Notes: a model not told the origin generated them from the letters alone. A stretch of 64,000 nt of DNA from Alphaproteobacteria bacterium (GCA_965237415.1 CBDEFM010000002.1:1824001-1888000); one strand, 5' to 3'; positions 24,553 to 35,364 are shown, counted from the stretch's first letter. Numbers and translations are program-made.

Positions 24553-26001
24553 GATCGTGTCCCGGCGCGTGGTGTAAGAGCGTTGCGCTCTACGCGGCTC
24601 CCGGCGGGTAGGGCCGGGACGTTCAGGCTGCCACGGTGGGCAGCGTGATGGGGACACCATCGCGCAGCGGAGCGATGGATTCCAGCGTCATGTATCTCCT
24701 TGAGACGGCCCACTCGTCGTTCTGCTCGAGAAGGATGGCACCGACGAGCCGTGTGATAGCGGCTTCGTTGGGAAAGATACCGACGACGTTGGTGCGGCGC
24801 TTGACCTCGGCATGGAGCCGTTCGATCGGGTTGGTCGAATGCAATTTCTGGCGGTGCTCCCTGGGGAAGCTCATGTAGGCGAGGACGTCGTGCTCGGCTT
24901 CGTCCATGAGAACTGCCAGCTTGGGCACCTTGGGCCTGAGTTGGTCGGCGACCTGGCGCCACTGGGCCTTGGCGCTGTCGGCGTCCTCCTGGGCGAAGGC
25001 GGTGGCGACGAAGGCGGAGACGACGCGCCGGCCCTGCCTGCCGGCATGGGCCAGCAGGTTGCGGGCGAAGTGCACGCGGCAGCGCTGCCATGTGGCGCCG
25101 AGGATCCGGGTCGCGGCGGCCTTCAGGCCCTTGTGGTCGTCGGAGATCACCAGCTTCACGCCGCGCAGCCCGCGCCGGGCCAGCGAGCGCAGGAACTCGG
25201 TCCAAAAGATCTCGGCCTCCGACGCGCCGATCGCCACGCCCAGGACCTCGCGGCGGCCTTGGTCGTTGACGGCCACAGCCACAGTCACCGCGACCGAGAC
25301 GATGCGCCCGGCCTCGCGCACCTTCAAATAAGTCGCATCCAGCCACAGATAGGGCCAGTCGCCCTCCAGCGGTCGATCGAGGAAGCCGTTGACCTTATCG
25401 TCGATCTCGCCGCACAGCCTGGAGACCTGGCTCTTGGAGACGCCCGACATCCCCATCGCCTGAACCAGATCGTCGACCGAGCGGGTCGATACGCCCTGGA
25501 TGTAGGCCTCCTGGATCACCGCAGCCAGCGCCTTCTCGGCCATCCGCCGCGGCTCCAGGAAGCCCGGGAAGTAGCTCCCCTTCCTCAGCTTCGGGATCTT
25601 CAGCTCCACCGTGCCCGCCCGCGTTTCCCAGCGTCGCTCGCGATAGCCGTTGCGATGGGTGATACGATCCGCCGAGCGCTCGCCGTGCCCGGCGCCGGTC
25701 AGGCCCTCGACCTCCAGTGCCATCAGCCGCTCGGCCGTGAAGCCGATCATCTCGCGAAGCAGATCGGCATCGGAGCTCTTCTCCAAAAGCGCGCGCAGGG
25801 TCATCATGTCCTGGGTCATCGTGGTTCTCCTTCGGGTCAGGTTGGTTCGCTCTAGCCCAACCCTAAACCGGAACCGCGATGGCCTCCGCTGTGGATAGCC
25901 GGCTTGCCTACGCCAGACTCTCGGCGGTCGCTACAGCAAGCCGCCTACCCACAGCTAACAGAGGCTCCAACAACTCCTACACCACGTCCTGGGACACGAC
26001 C
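24553..26001 (-). mobile_element. IS256-family insertion sequence
   Basis: Imperfect 28-bp terminal IRs gatcgtgtcccggcgcgtggtgtaagag / rc ggtcgtgtcccaggacgtggtgtaggag; target duplication accttga(g) at 24546 and 26002. Confidence 0.95.
24623..25819 (-). CDS. IS256-family DDE transposase
   Basis: [46 protein letters not shown]. Confidence 0.97.
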   Translation of the reverse strand: MTQDMMTLRALLEKSSDADLLREMIGFTAERLMALEVEGLTGAGHGERSADRITHRNGYRERRWETRAGTVELKIPKLRKGSYFPGFLEPRRMAEKALAAVIQEAYIQGVSTRSVDDLVQAMGMSGVSKSQVSRLCGEIDDKVNGFLDRPLEGDWPYLWLDATYLKVREAGRIVSVAVTVAVAVNDQGRREVLGVAIGASEAEIFWTEFLRSLARRGLRGVKLVISDDHKGLKAAATRILGATWQRCRVHFARNLLAHAGRQGRRVVSAFVATAFAQEDADSAKAQWRQVADQLRPKVPKLAVLMDEAEHDVLAYMSFPREHRQKLHSTNPIERLHAEVKRRTNVVGIFPNEAAITRLVGAILLEQNDEWAVSRRYMTLESIAPLRDGVPITLPTVAA

Positions 26002-26529
26002 ACCTTGAGGGCCGCGCGAGCTACAGGGGGGCGGCTACAGGTGTCTACGTGACAAGGACATACACGTTGGACGGTGAAGTCGATAGACGGAGAGGCGGCC
26101 AGTTTACCGCCGACGCAATGCTCACTGCCACGTTTGGCGGTGGCAGCGTGCCGACCAACGACCACTACTCGATCATCGGCTCAATCGACAACTTCAGGAG
26201 CAGAAACGGCAGATCCATCGACTCCAGTTGGAGTCTCGACCTGGAGGCAGCGTCGTTCGACAGTCAACAAGGCGGTGATCTCACAGGCACGAACGGCAAC
26301 GTGTTCAGCGGCGCGACCGTGGGCGATCGACGCTTGACGGGCGCCTGGAACGGCCGCTTCTTCGGACCCGTCGTCGTCGACAACGATGACGCGATGCGAG
26401 GCAACCAGTCCACGTTCCCGTCCGGCGTCGCCGGGACTTTCAGCGGCCATTTCACGAACGGTGCCGTCCTCGGCGCCTTCGGCGCGGAGATCGCCGACTG
26501 ACGCAAGCCCGCGCCGGCGGGCGTTCCCC

Positions 26530-27288
26530 TCAGTAACGGCCGACCGTGACGCCGCCGTCGACGATGATGGTCTGGCCGCTCACGTAGCGCGAGCCGTCGG
26601 AGCAGAGGAAGAGGATCACGTCGGCGATGTCGTCGGCCTCGCCGTAACGGCCGAGGGGGATGTAGGTGGCGGCTGCCTCCAGCCCCGCGAGGCCGAGCGA
26701 GTGCACGGTGGAGAGCGCCTGCGCGGTCTTGATGAAGCCCGGCGCCACGCCGTTGACGCGGATGCCGTCGCCGCCGAGATCGCAGGCGAGGCCGCGCACG
26801 AGGCCGACCACCCCCGCCTTGGCCGCGTTGTACTGCACATGATCGTGCCAGCCGTAGCTCGTGCCCATGACCGAGGAGACCGCGACCATCGCGCCCCGCT
26901 TCGCCTCGCGCATCGCCGGCGCAGCGGCGCGAAAGAGGCGGAACACGCCCTTCAGGTCGACATCGAGGGTGTGGTCCCACTTCTCGTCGCTCATCTCCGA
27001 GAACGGCACCTTGTGGGCGATGCCGGCGTTGGCGACGGCGGCGTCGAGCGGGCCGGTGGCGACTTCGGCGGCCTGGACCGCGGAGTCCACATTGGCGCTG
27101 TCGGTCACATCGACATGGCTGAATTCGGCGCTGCCGCCGGCTGCCTCGATGGCCGCGACGGTCTCCTGCCCCTCGTCGTCGAGCACGTCGGTGACGTAGA
27201 CGTGATAGCCGGTCCGGCCGAAGGCCAAGGCCGTGGCCTCGCCGATGCCGATTCCGGCACCCGTGATCATGACTGTCGGCTTACTCAT
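26530..27288 (-). CDS. SDR family oxidoreductase
   Basis: TGAGIGIG, NAG, YNAAK, VNGVAPG. Confidence 0.92.
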   Translation of the reverse strand: MSKPTVMITGAGIGIGEATALAFGRTGYHVYVTDVLDDEGQETVAAIEAAGGSAEFSHVDVTDSANVDSAVQAAEVATGPLDAAVANAGIAHKVPFSEMSDEKWDHTLDVDLKGVFRLFRAAAPAMREAKRGAMVAVSSVMGTSYGWHDHVQYNAAKAGVVGLVRGLACDLGGDGIRVNGVAPGFIKTAQALSTVHSLGLAGLEAAATYIPLGRYGEADDIADVILFLCSDGSRYVSGQTIIVDGGVTVGRY

Positions 27289-27391
27289 GAATAGCTCCCG
27301 TGCCCGCACGATAGGATGTTTGCGGCCCCGTGATAGTTCATATCCCCTGTTCTCTCAACGCGCCGCAAAGCCAGGGCGGCAGCGCCGAGAG

Positions 27392-28522
27392 CTAACCCGG
27401 GATCAGCACGCTCTGGCCGGTGGTGCGCCTTGCTTCGATGTCGCGGTGCGCCTCCGCCGCATCGGCGAGCGCATAGCGCCGGTCGATACGGGCGGCGACC
27501 GCGCCGCTCTCCAGCACCTCGAAGAGCGCCCGCGCCCTGTCCTGGAGCGCGTCCGGCGTGGCGTTCTCCTGGAAGAGGCCGGGGCGCACGACCGCGAGGG
27601 ATTTATCCGCCGCTGAAGAGAGGACATGCTGAGGGACGGCGCCCGACGAGCTGCCGTAAAGCACGAGCGTGCCGCCGGGGCGAAGGCAGGCGACGGAGGC
27701 CTCGGCCGTATCGCGGCCGACCGAATCGTAGACCGCCGCAAGGCCCTCGCCGCCGCTGAGGTCGGCGACGCGGGCAGCGACGTCCTCCCGCCGGTAGTCG
27801 ATCGCGTGGCGGCAGCCGTTGGCCTCGGCGAGCCGGCGCTTCTCGTCATCGCCGACGCAGCCGATGACGGTGGCGCCGCGATGCGCAAGCCACTGGCAGA
27901 GCAGCAGGCCGGTACCGCCTGCGGCGGCATGGACCAGCACGGTGTCGCCCGGCTGCACCTTGCCGCTCTTGTGAACCAGATATTCCGCCGTCATGCCCTT
28001 GAGCATGGTGGCGGCGGCCTGCTCGAAGCCGATGGCGTCGGGCAGCTTGACCACGGCGTCCGCCGCGATGGTGCGCAGCCCCGCATAGGCGCCGGGCGGC
28101 GCGTTCGCGTAGGCGACGCGGTCGCCTTCCTTCAGCCGCGTCACCGCGCCGCCCACGGATTCCACGACGCCCGCGCCCTCGAAGCCGATGACCCAGGGGA
28201 GCCCCGGCGAGGGGACGAGGCCGCGGCGCTGATAGGTATCGAGGAAGTTGAGCCCGACCGCCTTCTGGGCAATCCGCACCTCGGTTGCGCCGGGGTCCGG
28301 CACCCAGATGTCCTCGACGCGGAGCGCCTCCGGCCCGCCGGCCTCGTGCATCCTGACGGCCTGGGTCTTGACCGGCAGCCGGGTCCGGGCGCGGTGCTTC
28401 TGGCCGTACATCGTCGTGAAAATGCGGGTGAACTGGCGCTCGCGCGTGTGCACGGCGTCGAGAGGCAGGGCACCGGCCGGAGTCGGGAGGATCGGAGGCT
28501 CAACGGGTGTCGGCGTGTGCAT
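27392..28522 (-). CDS. Quinone oxidoreductase (MDR/Qor family); start uncertain
   Basis: GLNFLDTYQRRG, GFEGAG, LKGMTAEY, HAAAGGTG, YDSVG; possible extension of about 50 aa at the N-terminus. Confidence 0.85.
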   Translation of the reverse strand: MHTPTPVEPPILPTPAGALPLDAVHTRERQFTRIFTTMYGQKHRARTRLPVKTQAVRMHEAGGPEALRVEDIWVPDPGATEVRIAQKAVGLNFLDTYQRRGLVPSPGLPWVIGFEGAGVVESVGGAVTRLKEGDRVAYANAPPGAYAGLRTIAADAVVKLPDAIGFEQAAATMLKGMTAEYLVHKSGKVQPGDTVLVHAAAGGTGLLLCQWLAHRGATVIGCVGDDEKRRLAEANGCRHAIDYRREDVAARVADLSGGEGLAAVYDSVGRDTAEASVACLRPGGTLVLYGSSSGAVPQHVLSSAADKSLAVVRPGLFQENATPDALQDRARALFEVLESGAVAARIDRRYALADAAEAHRDIEARRTTGQSVLIPG

Positions 28523-28548
28523 GAAGCGCGGCGCTTGCCCTGGCGGGC

Positions 28549-29001
28549 CTAAGAGGTCTCGGGAAAGCGTTCGCCGCCTTCCGGTGCGAGGCCCGGCAAC
28601 CACGTCTCGTGGACGTGCAGCCATGCCACGCCGCAGGGCGCCGCCGCCTCGCGGCGAAAGAGGGCCGAGGAGAGGCGCGCGGATGTTGCGCCCCGGCGCC
28701 GGTGCCACTCCTCATAGGTGACCAGCGCATGATCGCCCGCCGCCCAGCGCAGGCGAAAATTCTCGATCCAGATCTCGAATTCGTCCGCGTCGGCGGCGAG
28801 TTGCCCGTGCAGGCATTCGAACTCGTCGACCAGCGCATCCCGCGGCGTCACCGTGCCGCGTGGCCCGATGACCTCGACCCCGTCATCCATCGCGTCGGAG
28901 AACCGGGCGAAGGTCTCGCCGGTTCGCGTCACGGCACCGGCCAGCCAATCCCGCAAGAAGGCGTGAAACCCCCGCACCTCCTGCTCGCAGAGCTTTTCCA
29001 T
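28549..29001 (-). CDS. NTF2-like / DUF4440 protein
   Basis: Typical size and pattern; ends WLHVHETW. Confidence 0.65.
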   Translation of the reverse strand: MEKLCEQEVRGFHAFLRDWLAGAVTRTGETFARFSDAMDDGVEVIGPRGTVTPRDALVDEFECLHGQLAADADEFEIWIENFRLRWAAGDHALVTYEEWHRRRGATSARLSSALFRREAAAPCGVAWLHVHETWLPGLAPEGGERFPETS

Positions 29002-29189
29002 CCTCAGGTCCCCGCTCCCTCCCTCGCCGCTCGTGTCGCCGGCCGCCCGGACAGCCGAAGATCACGATTGTACGCCGCAGATCGGGTAGTGCAGATCGGG
29101 TAGTGTGGTGCAGTGGTTATCGCACGGCAACGGTCCGGCCCAGCCGGCGCCGCGGAGCCGGCAGCGAACGCGCCGAAAGGGGGGCAGCC

Positions 29190-30638
29190 ATGTCAACGTT
29201 GATCAGGGGCGGCACGGTCGTGACCGCGGACGAGCGCTACCCTGCCGATGTCTATTGTGCGGACGGCAAGATCCAGGAGATCGGCACGGCGATCGACGTG
29301 CCCGCCGGCGCGGCCATCGTCGATGCGGGGGAGGCGCTGGTGATGCCGGGGGGGATCGACCCCCACACCCACATGCAACTGCCCTTCATGGACACCGTGA
29401 CCGGCGACAACTTCTACACCGGCCCCGCCGCCGGCCTCTCGGGCGGGACCACCATGATCATCGACTTCGTCATCCCGGCGCCGGATCAGCGGCCGATGGA
29501 CGCCTATCGGGTGTGGCAGCAGCGCGCGGCGAAGGCGCCGTCGGACTATTCCTTCCACGTCGCGATCACCAATTGGAACGACCGGATTCACGAGGACATG
29601 GGGACGCTGACCCGCGATCACGGGGTCAACAGCTTCAAGCACTTCATGGCCTACAAGGGCGAGATCATGCTCGACGCGGAGAAGATGATGCACAGCTTCG
29701 CGCGGGCGCGGGACCTCGGCGCGCTCTGCACCGTCCACTGCGAGGACGGCAATCTCGTCTGGATGATGCAGCAGGAGCTGTTGAAGGCGGGCGTCACCGG
29801 GCCGGAGGGCCACCCGCAGTCGCGCCCGCCGGAGGTCGAAGGCGAGGCCACCAATCGCGCAATCCGCATCGCCCAGCTCCTCAAGGCGCCGATCTATATC
29901 GTCCACGTGACCTGCCGGGAGGCGCTGGAGGCGATCACCCGCGCGCGCCTCGAAGGGCAGCGCGTCTACGGCGAGTGCCTGGCGCAGCACCTGGTGATCG
30001 ACGAGAGCGTCTATTACGACCCCGACCCGGTGTCCGCCCGCGCCTACGTGATGAGCCCGCCGTTCCGGCCCAAGGACCATCAGGAGGCGCTCTGGCGCGG
30101 CCTGCAGTCGGGCAACCTGCAGACCACGGCGACCGATCACTGCGCCTTCTGCAACTCGCAGAAGGACCTCGGCAAGGACGATTTCTCGAAGATCCCGAAC
30201 GGCACCAGCGGCGTCGAGGACCGCATGTCGGTGCTCTGGGACCAGGGCGTCGAGACCGGCCGGCTGACGGCCAACGAGTTCGTCGCCGTCACGTCGGCCA
30301 ACTGCGCGAAGATCTTCAACATCTATCCGCGCAAGGGGGCGATCAAGGTGGGCTCGGACGCCGACATCGTGGTCTGGAACCCCAAGGCCACGCGTACGAT
30401 CTCGGCCGAGACCCACCGCCAGAACAACGATTTCAACATCTACGAGGGCATGACCGTGACCGGCGTCGCGCGCGCCACCGTGAGCCAGGGCCGGCTGGTG
30501 TGGGACGGCGCGGAGCTCCGCGCGAACGAGGGCGACGGCCACTATATCGCGCGGCCGACCTTCCCGGCGGTGTTCGACGCGGTGAACACGCTCCGCGCGC
30601 GCCACCCGTTCCGCGCCGTCGAGCGGCCGGAGGGCTGA
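29190..30638 (+). CDS. hydA: Dihydropyrimidinase / D-hydantoinase
   Basis: PGGIDPHTH, SFKHFMAYK, VHCE, MSPP, ATDHC, IPNG..GVEDR. Confidence 0.93.
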   Translation: MSTLIRGGTVVTADERYPADVYCADGKIQEIGTAIDVPAGAAIVDAGEALVMPGGIDPHTHMQLPFMDTVTGDNFYTGPAAGLSGGTTMIIDFVIPAPDQRPMDAYRVWQQRAAKAPSDYSFHVAITNWNDRIHEDMGTLTRDHGVNSFKHFMAYKGEIMLDAEKMMHSFARARDLGALCTVHCEDGNLVWMMQQELLKAGVTGPEGHPQSRPPEVEGEATNRAIRIAQLLKAPIYIVHVTCREALEAITRARLEGQRVYGECLAQHLVIDESVYYDPDPVSARAYVMSPPFRPKDHQEALWRGLQSGNLQTTATDHCAFCNSQKDLGKDDFSKIPNGTSGVEDRMSVLWDQGVETGRLTANEFVAVTSANCAKIFNIYPRKGAIKVGSDADIVVWNPKATRTISAETHRQNNDFNIYEGMTVTGVARATVSQGRLVWDGAELRANEGDGHYIARPTFPAVFDAVNTLRARHPFRAVERPEG

Positions 30639-30651
30639 GAGAGCTTCCGTA

Positions 30652-32184
30652 ATGCCGAGCTTTCCGAACGTGCGGACGCCGAGCGTCGACGAACTCGTCG
30701 CCATCGCCGCCGAATTTGGCATAAGGCTGACGCCGGCTCTGGCGTCGTCCTACCGGGAGCTGATCGCCGAAGGCATCGAGTCCTATACGCGGATCGACGC
30801 ACTGCCCGAGCCGGGCCTGCCGGTCGCCTATCCGCGCACGCCGGGCCACCGCCCGCCGCCGGAGGAGAACCCCTACAACGCCTGGTACTGGCGCTGCGAG
30901 GTAAAGGGCGCACGCCACGGGCTGCTCGCGGGCAAGACCGTCGCGCTGAAGGACAACGTCTGCCTCGCCGGCGTGCCGATGTCGATCGGCGCCTCGGTGC
31001 TGGAAGGCTACGTGCCGGAGGTCGACGCCACGATCGTCACCCGCATCCTCGATGCCGGCGGGACGATCGCCGGCAAGGCCGTGTGCGGCGCCTTCTGCAT
31101 GGAGGGCTCGAGCATCACGGCGTCCACCGGGTTGATCCCCAACCCGCACAAGCCGAGCCACGCCGCCGGCGGCTCGTCGAGCGGCAGCGCCGCGCTGGTC
31201 GCGGCGGGCGCGGTCGATGTTGCCGTGGGCGCCGATCAGGGCGGCTCGCTGCGCATCCCGGCCGCGTGGTGCGGCCTCTACGGCATGAAGCCCACCTTCG
31301 GCCTCGTACCGTACTCGGGCATCGCCTCCATCGAGTTCACCCTCGATCACGCCGGGCCGATGGCCGCCAACCTGGAGGACATGACGCGGCTGCTCCAGGC
31401 GATGGCCGGGCCCGACGGCATCGATCCGCGCCAGCCCGACATCGATCCGCCTGACTACATGGCGGCACTGGAGGGCGGCGTGCGCGGCCTCAGAATCGCC
31501 TGCCTCGCGGAAGGCTTCGAGCGGCCGGAGAGCGAGCCGGTCGTGGACGAGCGGGTGCGGGCGGCGCTAAAGCGCTTCGAGGGGCTCGGCGCCGAGGTCA
31601 GCACCGTCAGCCTCCCGATGCATCGGGACGGCATGCACATCTGGGCCGGGATCGCGCGCGAGGGCGCGGTGCAGAACATGATCAAGGGCGGCGGCGTCGG
31701 GGTGAATCAGCAGGGCTACCAGATCACGTCGCTGCTCGATGCGAGCGCCCGCGCGCTGCACCGCCAGCCGAACGATCTGGCACCGACCGTCACTCTCACC
31801 CTCCTCTTCGGCGAATACATGCAGCGTGCCTATCACGGCCGCTACTACGCCAAGGCGCAGAACCTGCGCCGCACCCTCCGCGCCGCTTACGACGCCGTGC
31901 TGGCGGAGCACGATCTGATCGCGCTCCCCACCACCGCCATGCGGGCACGCCCGCTGCCGGACCCCGATACATGCTCGCCCGCCCAATACGAGCACGACGC
32001 CCACGATGCCCTGATGAACCCCTGCCCCTTCGACGCAAGCGGCCACCCGGCGCTCACCATCCCCTGCGGAATGGCCGACGGTCTCCCCATCGGACTCTCG
32101 CTGGTGTCCAGGCATTTCGGCGAGCCCGTCATGCTCCGCGCCGCCCAAGCGTTCGCCGACGCGGTCGACTGGCGGACCCTTTAG
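30652..32184 (+). CDS. Amidase-signature family amidase
   Basis: ALKD, GGSSSGS, GADQGGSLRIPA (Lys-Ser-Ser triad). Confidence 0.93.
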   Translation: MPSFPNVRTPSVDELVAIAAEFGIRLTPALASSYRELIAEGIESYTRIDALPEPGLPVAYPRTPGHRPPPEENPYNAWYWRCEVKGARHGLLAGKTVALKDNVCLAGVPMSIGASVLEGYVPEVDATIVTRILDAGGTIAGKAVCGAFCMEGSSITASTGLIPNPHKPSHAAGGSSSGSAALVAAGAVDVAVGADQGGSLRIPAAWCGLYGMKPTFGLVPYSGIASIEFTLDHAGPMAANLEDMTRLLQAMAGPDGIDPRQPDIDPPDYMAALEGGVRGLRIACLAEGFERPESEPVVDERVRAALKRFEGLGAEVSTVSLPMHRDGMHIWAGIAREGAVQNMIKGGGVGVNQQGYQITSLLDASARALHRQPNDLAPTVTLTLLFGEYMQRAYHGRYYAKAQNLRRTLRAAYDAVLAEHDLIALPTTAMRARPLPDPDTCSPAQYEHDAHDALMNPCPFDASGHPALTIPCGMADGLPIGLSLVSRHFGEPVMLRAAQAFADAVDWRTL

Positions 32185-32241
32185 AGCGAGTCCGTCTTTG
32201 ACGGGCTCGCGACAGGCCGCGACCCTGGTGAGAAATGCGAG

Positions 32242-33635
32242 CTAAGCGTCTTCCCTGAACACGGCCAGCGGCGAGCAGGGCGGCGGTATCGAGATGGCCT
32301 GGATGACGGTCTCGGGCTGGCGCAGGTAGTCGCCGAGCGCGCGGTCCTCTGCGCTGCGCTCCGGGGTCTCGATATGCGTGCCCAGGCGCCGGCCGAAACG
32401 GACCAGAGAGCGCCCGTAGCGCATCCGCTCCGCATCGTAACGGGAGAGAGCGCGCGAAATCTCGCCGGGATGGGCCTCGATGGCGTCGGTGAGGCAAACC
32501 GCGTCGCCGGTCGCCTTCACGACGCCCATTCCGGTGTGGGGCCGCGCGGAAAACGCGCATCGTAACGGGAGAGAGCGCGCGAAATCTCGCCGGGATGGGC
32601 CTCGATGGCGTCGGTGAGGCAAACCGCGTCGCCGGTCGCCTTCACGACGCCCATTCCGGTGTGGGGCCGCGCGGAAAACGCCGCGTCCCCCAGCATGGCC
32701 ACGCGCCCCTGCACCATCTGCGGCACCTCCAGATCCACGATGGTCTGGAAGAAGAGTCCGCGTGCAAGGGTCATCGGCTCCGCGAGCGCAGGCGGCAGGC
32801 GCTCCTCCGCCGCGCGATGAATTTCGTCGATCCACGAGCGAGCGATAAGGTCCGGCGCGATCCCTGCCTCGTGATAGTTGCCGGCCTCATCGGTCTGCAT
32901 CCGCCGCAACTCGTCGGCCGTGGCCAGCCTGTACCAGACGATATTGAAGCGGCGCTTGCCGGGGCTCAGGTCGCCATCCGGCCCCGCGACGGGGTAGCCC
33001 ACGACATGCTCACCGGGCGGCAGGCAGACGATAAAACGCGTAAGCAGAATATCGCGGTGCTCTGCCGAGAGCCGGTCCTCGTCCACGATGCCGCGCCACG
33101 CCACATAGCCTGCGTACTCCGGCACCGCCTCCGGCCAGAGCTGGGCGCGAACGGTGGAGCGCACGCCGTCGGCACCGATCAGGAGATCGGCCTCGACCCT
33201 GGAGCCGTCCGCGAAGTGCGCCAGCACGCCCTCTCCATGCGGCTCGACCCGCGTAAAGTTGGCGCCGGCAACGTAGCGCTCGTCGGGAAAGTTGCCGCGC
33301 AGAAGGTGGTAGAGATGCCCCCAGGTCGCTTGAATCTGCGGCAGGCGATAGCGGGCGAGGATGCGTCCGTCGGTCCCGAGGGTGATGCGCTCCTCGAGCC
33401 TGACGCCGAAGGCCTCGTCGATGGAGAGCCCCAGGCTCTCCAGCGCGGCATGAAGCCCCGGATGGGTCGCGATACCGACGCCCCGCTCGGCGAGCTCCGT
33501 GCCGATCCGCTCGTGCACCGTCACGTCGCAGCCAGCGCGCTGCAGCATGTTGCCGGCGAGCAGGCCGCCCATCGACCCGCCGACGACGACCACGCGCAAT
33601 CCCTTGGCTGAACGGCCGGTCGAACTATCTGTCAT
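32242..33635 (-). pseudogene. FAD-dependent monooxygenase (dihydroxypyridine-hydroxylase-like), frameshifted by a 125-bp tandem duplication
   Basis: GGSMGG, IGADG.RS, YAGYVAWRG, LGDAAF..RPHTG.G; the C-terminus lies in another frame after the duplication. Confidence 0.8.
32431..32680. repeat. Exact 125-bp tandem duplication
   Basis: 32431-32555 is identical to 32556-32680. Confidence 0.95.
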
Positions 33636-33659
33636 GGCAGCGGGTCTCCGTTCGAAGCG

Positions 33660-34859
33660 TTAGTGCGCAGACGGGCGGCCCCAGAGGCGCCGCGATGCGA
33701 TCGCGGCACCTTCGACCAGCGCCCCGAGCTTGCCCCAGGCCACGTCGTTCGCCACGAACTCGTAGCTCGCGAAGGTGCCGAAGCCGCAATCGGTCCCCGC
33801 GATGACCCGGCTCCGCTCGCCGATCGCCTCGACGGCAGCGCAGATACGATTGGCGACGAGCTCCGGATGTTCCAGATAGTTTGTCGTTACGTCGATGACG
33901 CCGGGGATGAACACCATGTCGTCTGGCAACGGTAGTTTCTTGAAGGCTGCCGTCTCATGCTCATGCCGGGGATTCCCAAGTGGGATGCTGAGGGCGCCGA
34001 CCTTGGCGCGATAGAGGATGGGCAACAGCTCCTCCACCGGTACGTCGTCCTGGTGTGGGCCTTGCCAGTTGCCCCAGCAGACATGCAGCCGGACCTTCTC
34101 GGGCGGGATGTCCGCGAGCGCGAGGTTCATCGCCTCGACGTGAAGCTCGACCCGCTCGAGAAAGTCGCCGAGCGGCCGCTCGCCGAACATGATGACGCGC
34201 TCCATGGCGAGATCGGGCGCGTCGATCTGCAGGATGTGGCCCTGGGAGACGACGTAGTCGTATTCCTTCTTGAGCTCCCGCGCGACACCCATCACGTAGT
34301 CACGATCGGCCGCGTAGACGGGATTGTCCTCTGCCCGGAGCAGCGTCGTCGTCACGATGCCGGGTGAGGCGGCCGTCATGAAGACATCCTCGAATCCTGT
34401 CGGCTGCCTGGCGAGGGAGCGGGCGAAAGAGTCGCACTCCGCCGCCACGCCGCTCAGCGTCTCGTCGTAGCGCACCGCACCCAGCGCCTGCGGCGCGTTC
34501 CACACTCGCGCCAGGTTCTCCGACGTGCCGATCTGGCGGCCGAGGAACGCCGCGAAGTCGGGAAACTTGATCATGTCGGTCGGCGTGTTGCGCTTCGATT
34601 CACCGCCGAAGCCGCTCATGCGCTCGGCCACGTAGGTGGAAAACCCGATCCGCGGCATCTCGCCGTCGTTGCCGATGTCGAGTCCGCAGACAAGCTGCTT
34701 GCCGACCGCGACATCCAGCGCGCGGTCGACCTCGCGGTCGAATTCGGCTTGTTCGAAGGGCTTTCCCTGCTCGCGACGAATCAGCAGGTCGGTTAGCGCC
34801 GTCGTGCGAGGAAGACTTCCCGCGTGCGTTGTCAGGATGCGCTCGTCGCTTGCCTTCAT
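33660..34859 (-). CDS. Cobalamin-independent methionine synthase II-like (single-barrel MetE / CoM-transferase-like) protein
   Basis: LTTHAGSLPR, QIDAPDL, LHVCWGN, NPRHEHE, GTDCGF. Confidence 0.88.
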   Translation of the reverse strand: MKASDERILTTHAGSLPRTTALTDLLIRREQGKPFEQAEFDREVDRALDVAVGKQLVCGLDIGNDGEMPRIGFSTYVAERMSGFGGESKRNTPTDMIKFPDFAAFLGRQIGTSENLARVWNAPQALGAVRYDETLSGVAAECDSFARSLARQPTGFEDVFMTAASPGIVTTTLLRAEDNPVYAADRDYVMGVARELKKEYDYVVSQGHILQIDAPDLAMERVIMFGERPLGDFLERVELHVEAMNLALADIPPEKVRLHVCWGNWQGPHQDDVPVEELLPILYRAKVGALSIPLGNPRHEHETAAFKKLPLPDDMVFIPGVIDVTTNYLEHPELVANRICAAVEAIGERSRVIAGTDCGFGTFASYEFVANDVAWGKLGALVEGAAIASRRLWGRPSAH

Positions 34860-35052
34860 CGGCAATGCCTCGCTCTTCTGCGGCCAATCCTCCGCGCATA
34901 AGCCTACGCGATGCGCTCGCCTCCCACCATTCGGCAACGCGTTTCACTGGCGGGTCTCCCGTCCGGGCTCGTTCCGGTATACCCTTTGGGCGACCATGGA
35001 TCGGTGGTCGCCGGTTGTTTTCAGGTAGCGCGCGTTATGGGGAGGTTGGCCC

Positions 35053-35364
35053 ATGCATCTCACTGTACGGGAAGAGGAACGTATTCAGATCTGGGCCGCC
35101 GCCGAGATGGCGCGGCGGCGCCTCGAGCGCGGCGTCAAGCTGAACTACCCCGAGGCGATCGCGCTGATCTGCGACGAGCTCCTGGAGCGGGCGCGCGAGG
35201 GCAGCATCCCGATGCTGACCGACTTGATGGAATACGGCGCCACGATCCTGAAGCGGGACGACGTGATGACCGGCGTGCCCGAGATGATGAAGGTGGTGCA
35301 GGTCGAGGCGCTCTTCCCGGACGGGACGAAGCTCGTCACGGTCATGAACCCGATCCGCGAATAG
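35053..35364 (+). CDS. ureA: Urease gamma subunit
   Basis: [31 protein letters not shown]. Confidence 0.93.
   Translation: MHLTVREEERIQIWAAAEMARRRLERGVKLNYPEAIALICDELLERAREGSIPMLTDLMEYGATILKRDDVMTGVPEMMKVVQVEALFPDGTKLVTVMNPIRE

Larger units (their letters stand above)
23768..26501 (+). pseudogene. Surface lipoprotein with a TbpB-like C-terminal barrel, interrupted by IS256
   Basis: Lipobox LSAC-GGG; removing the IS and one duplicated target copy restores VQDLE-GRASYRGAATGVYV in frame (about 425 aa); ends GAVLGAFGAE. Confidence 0.75.
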
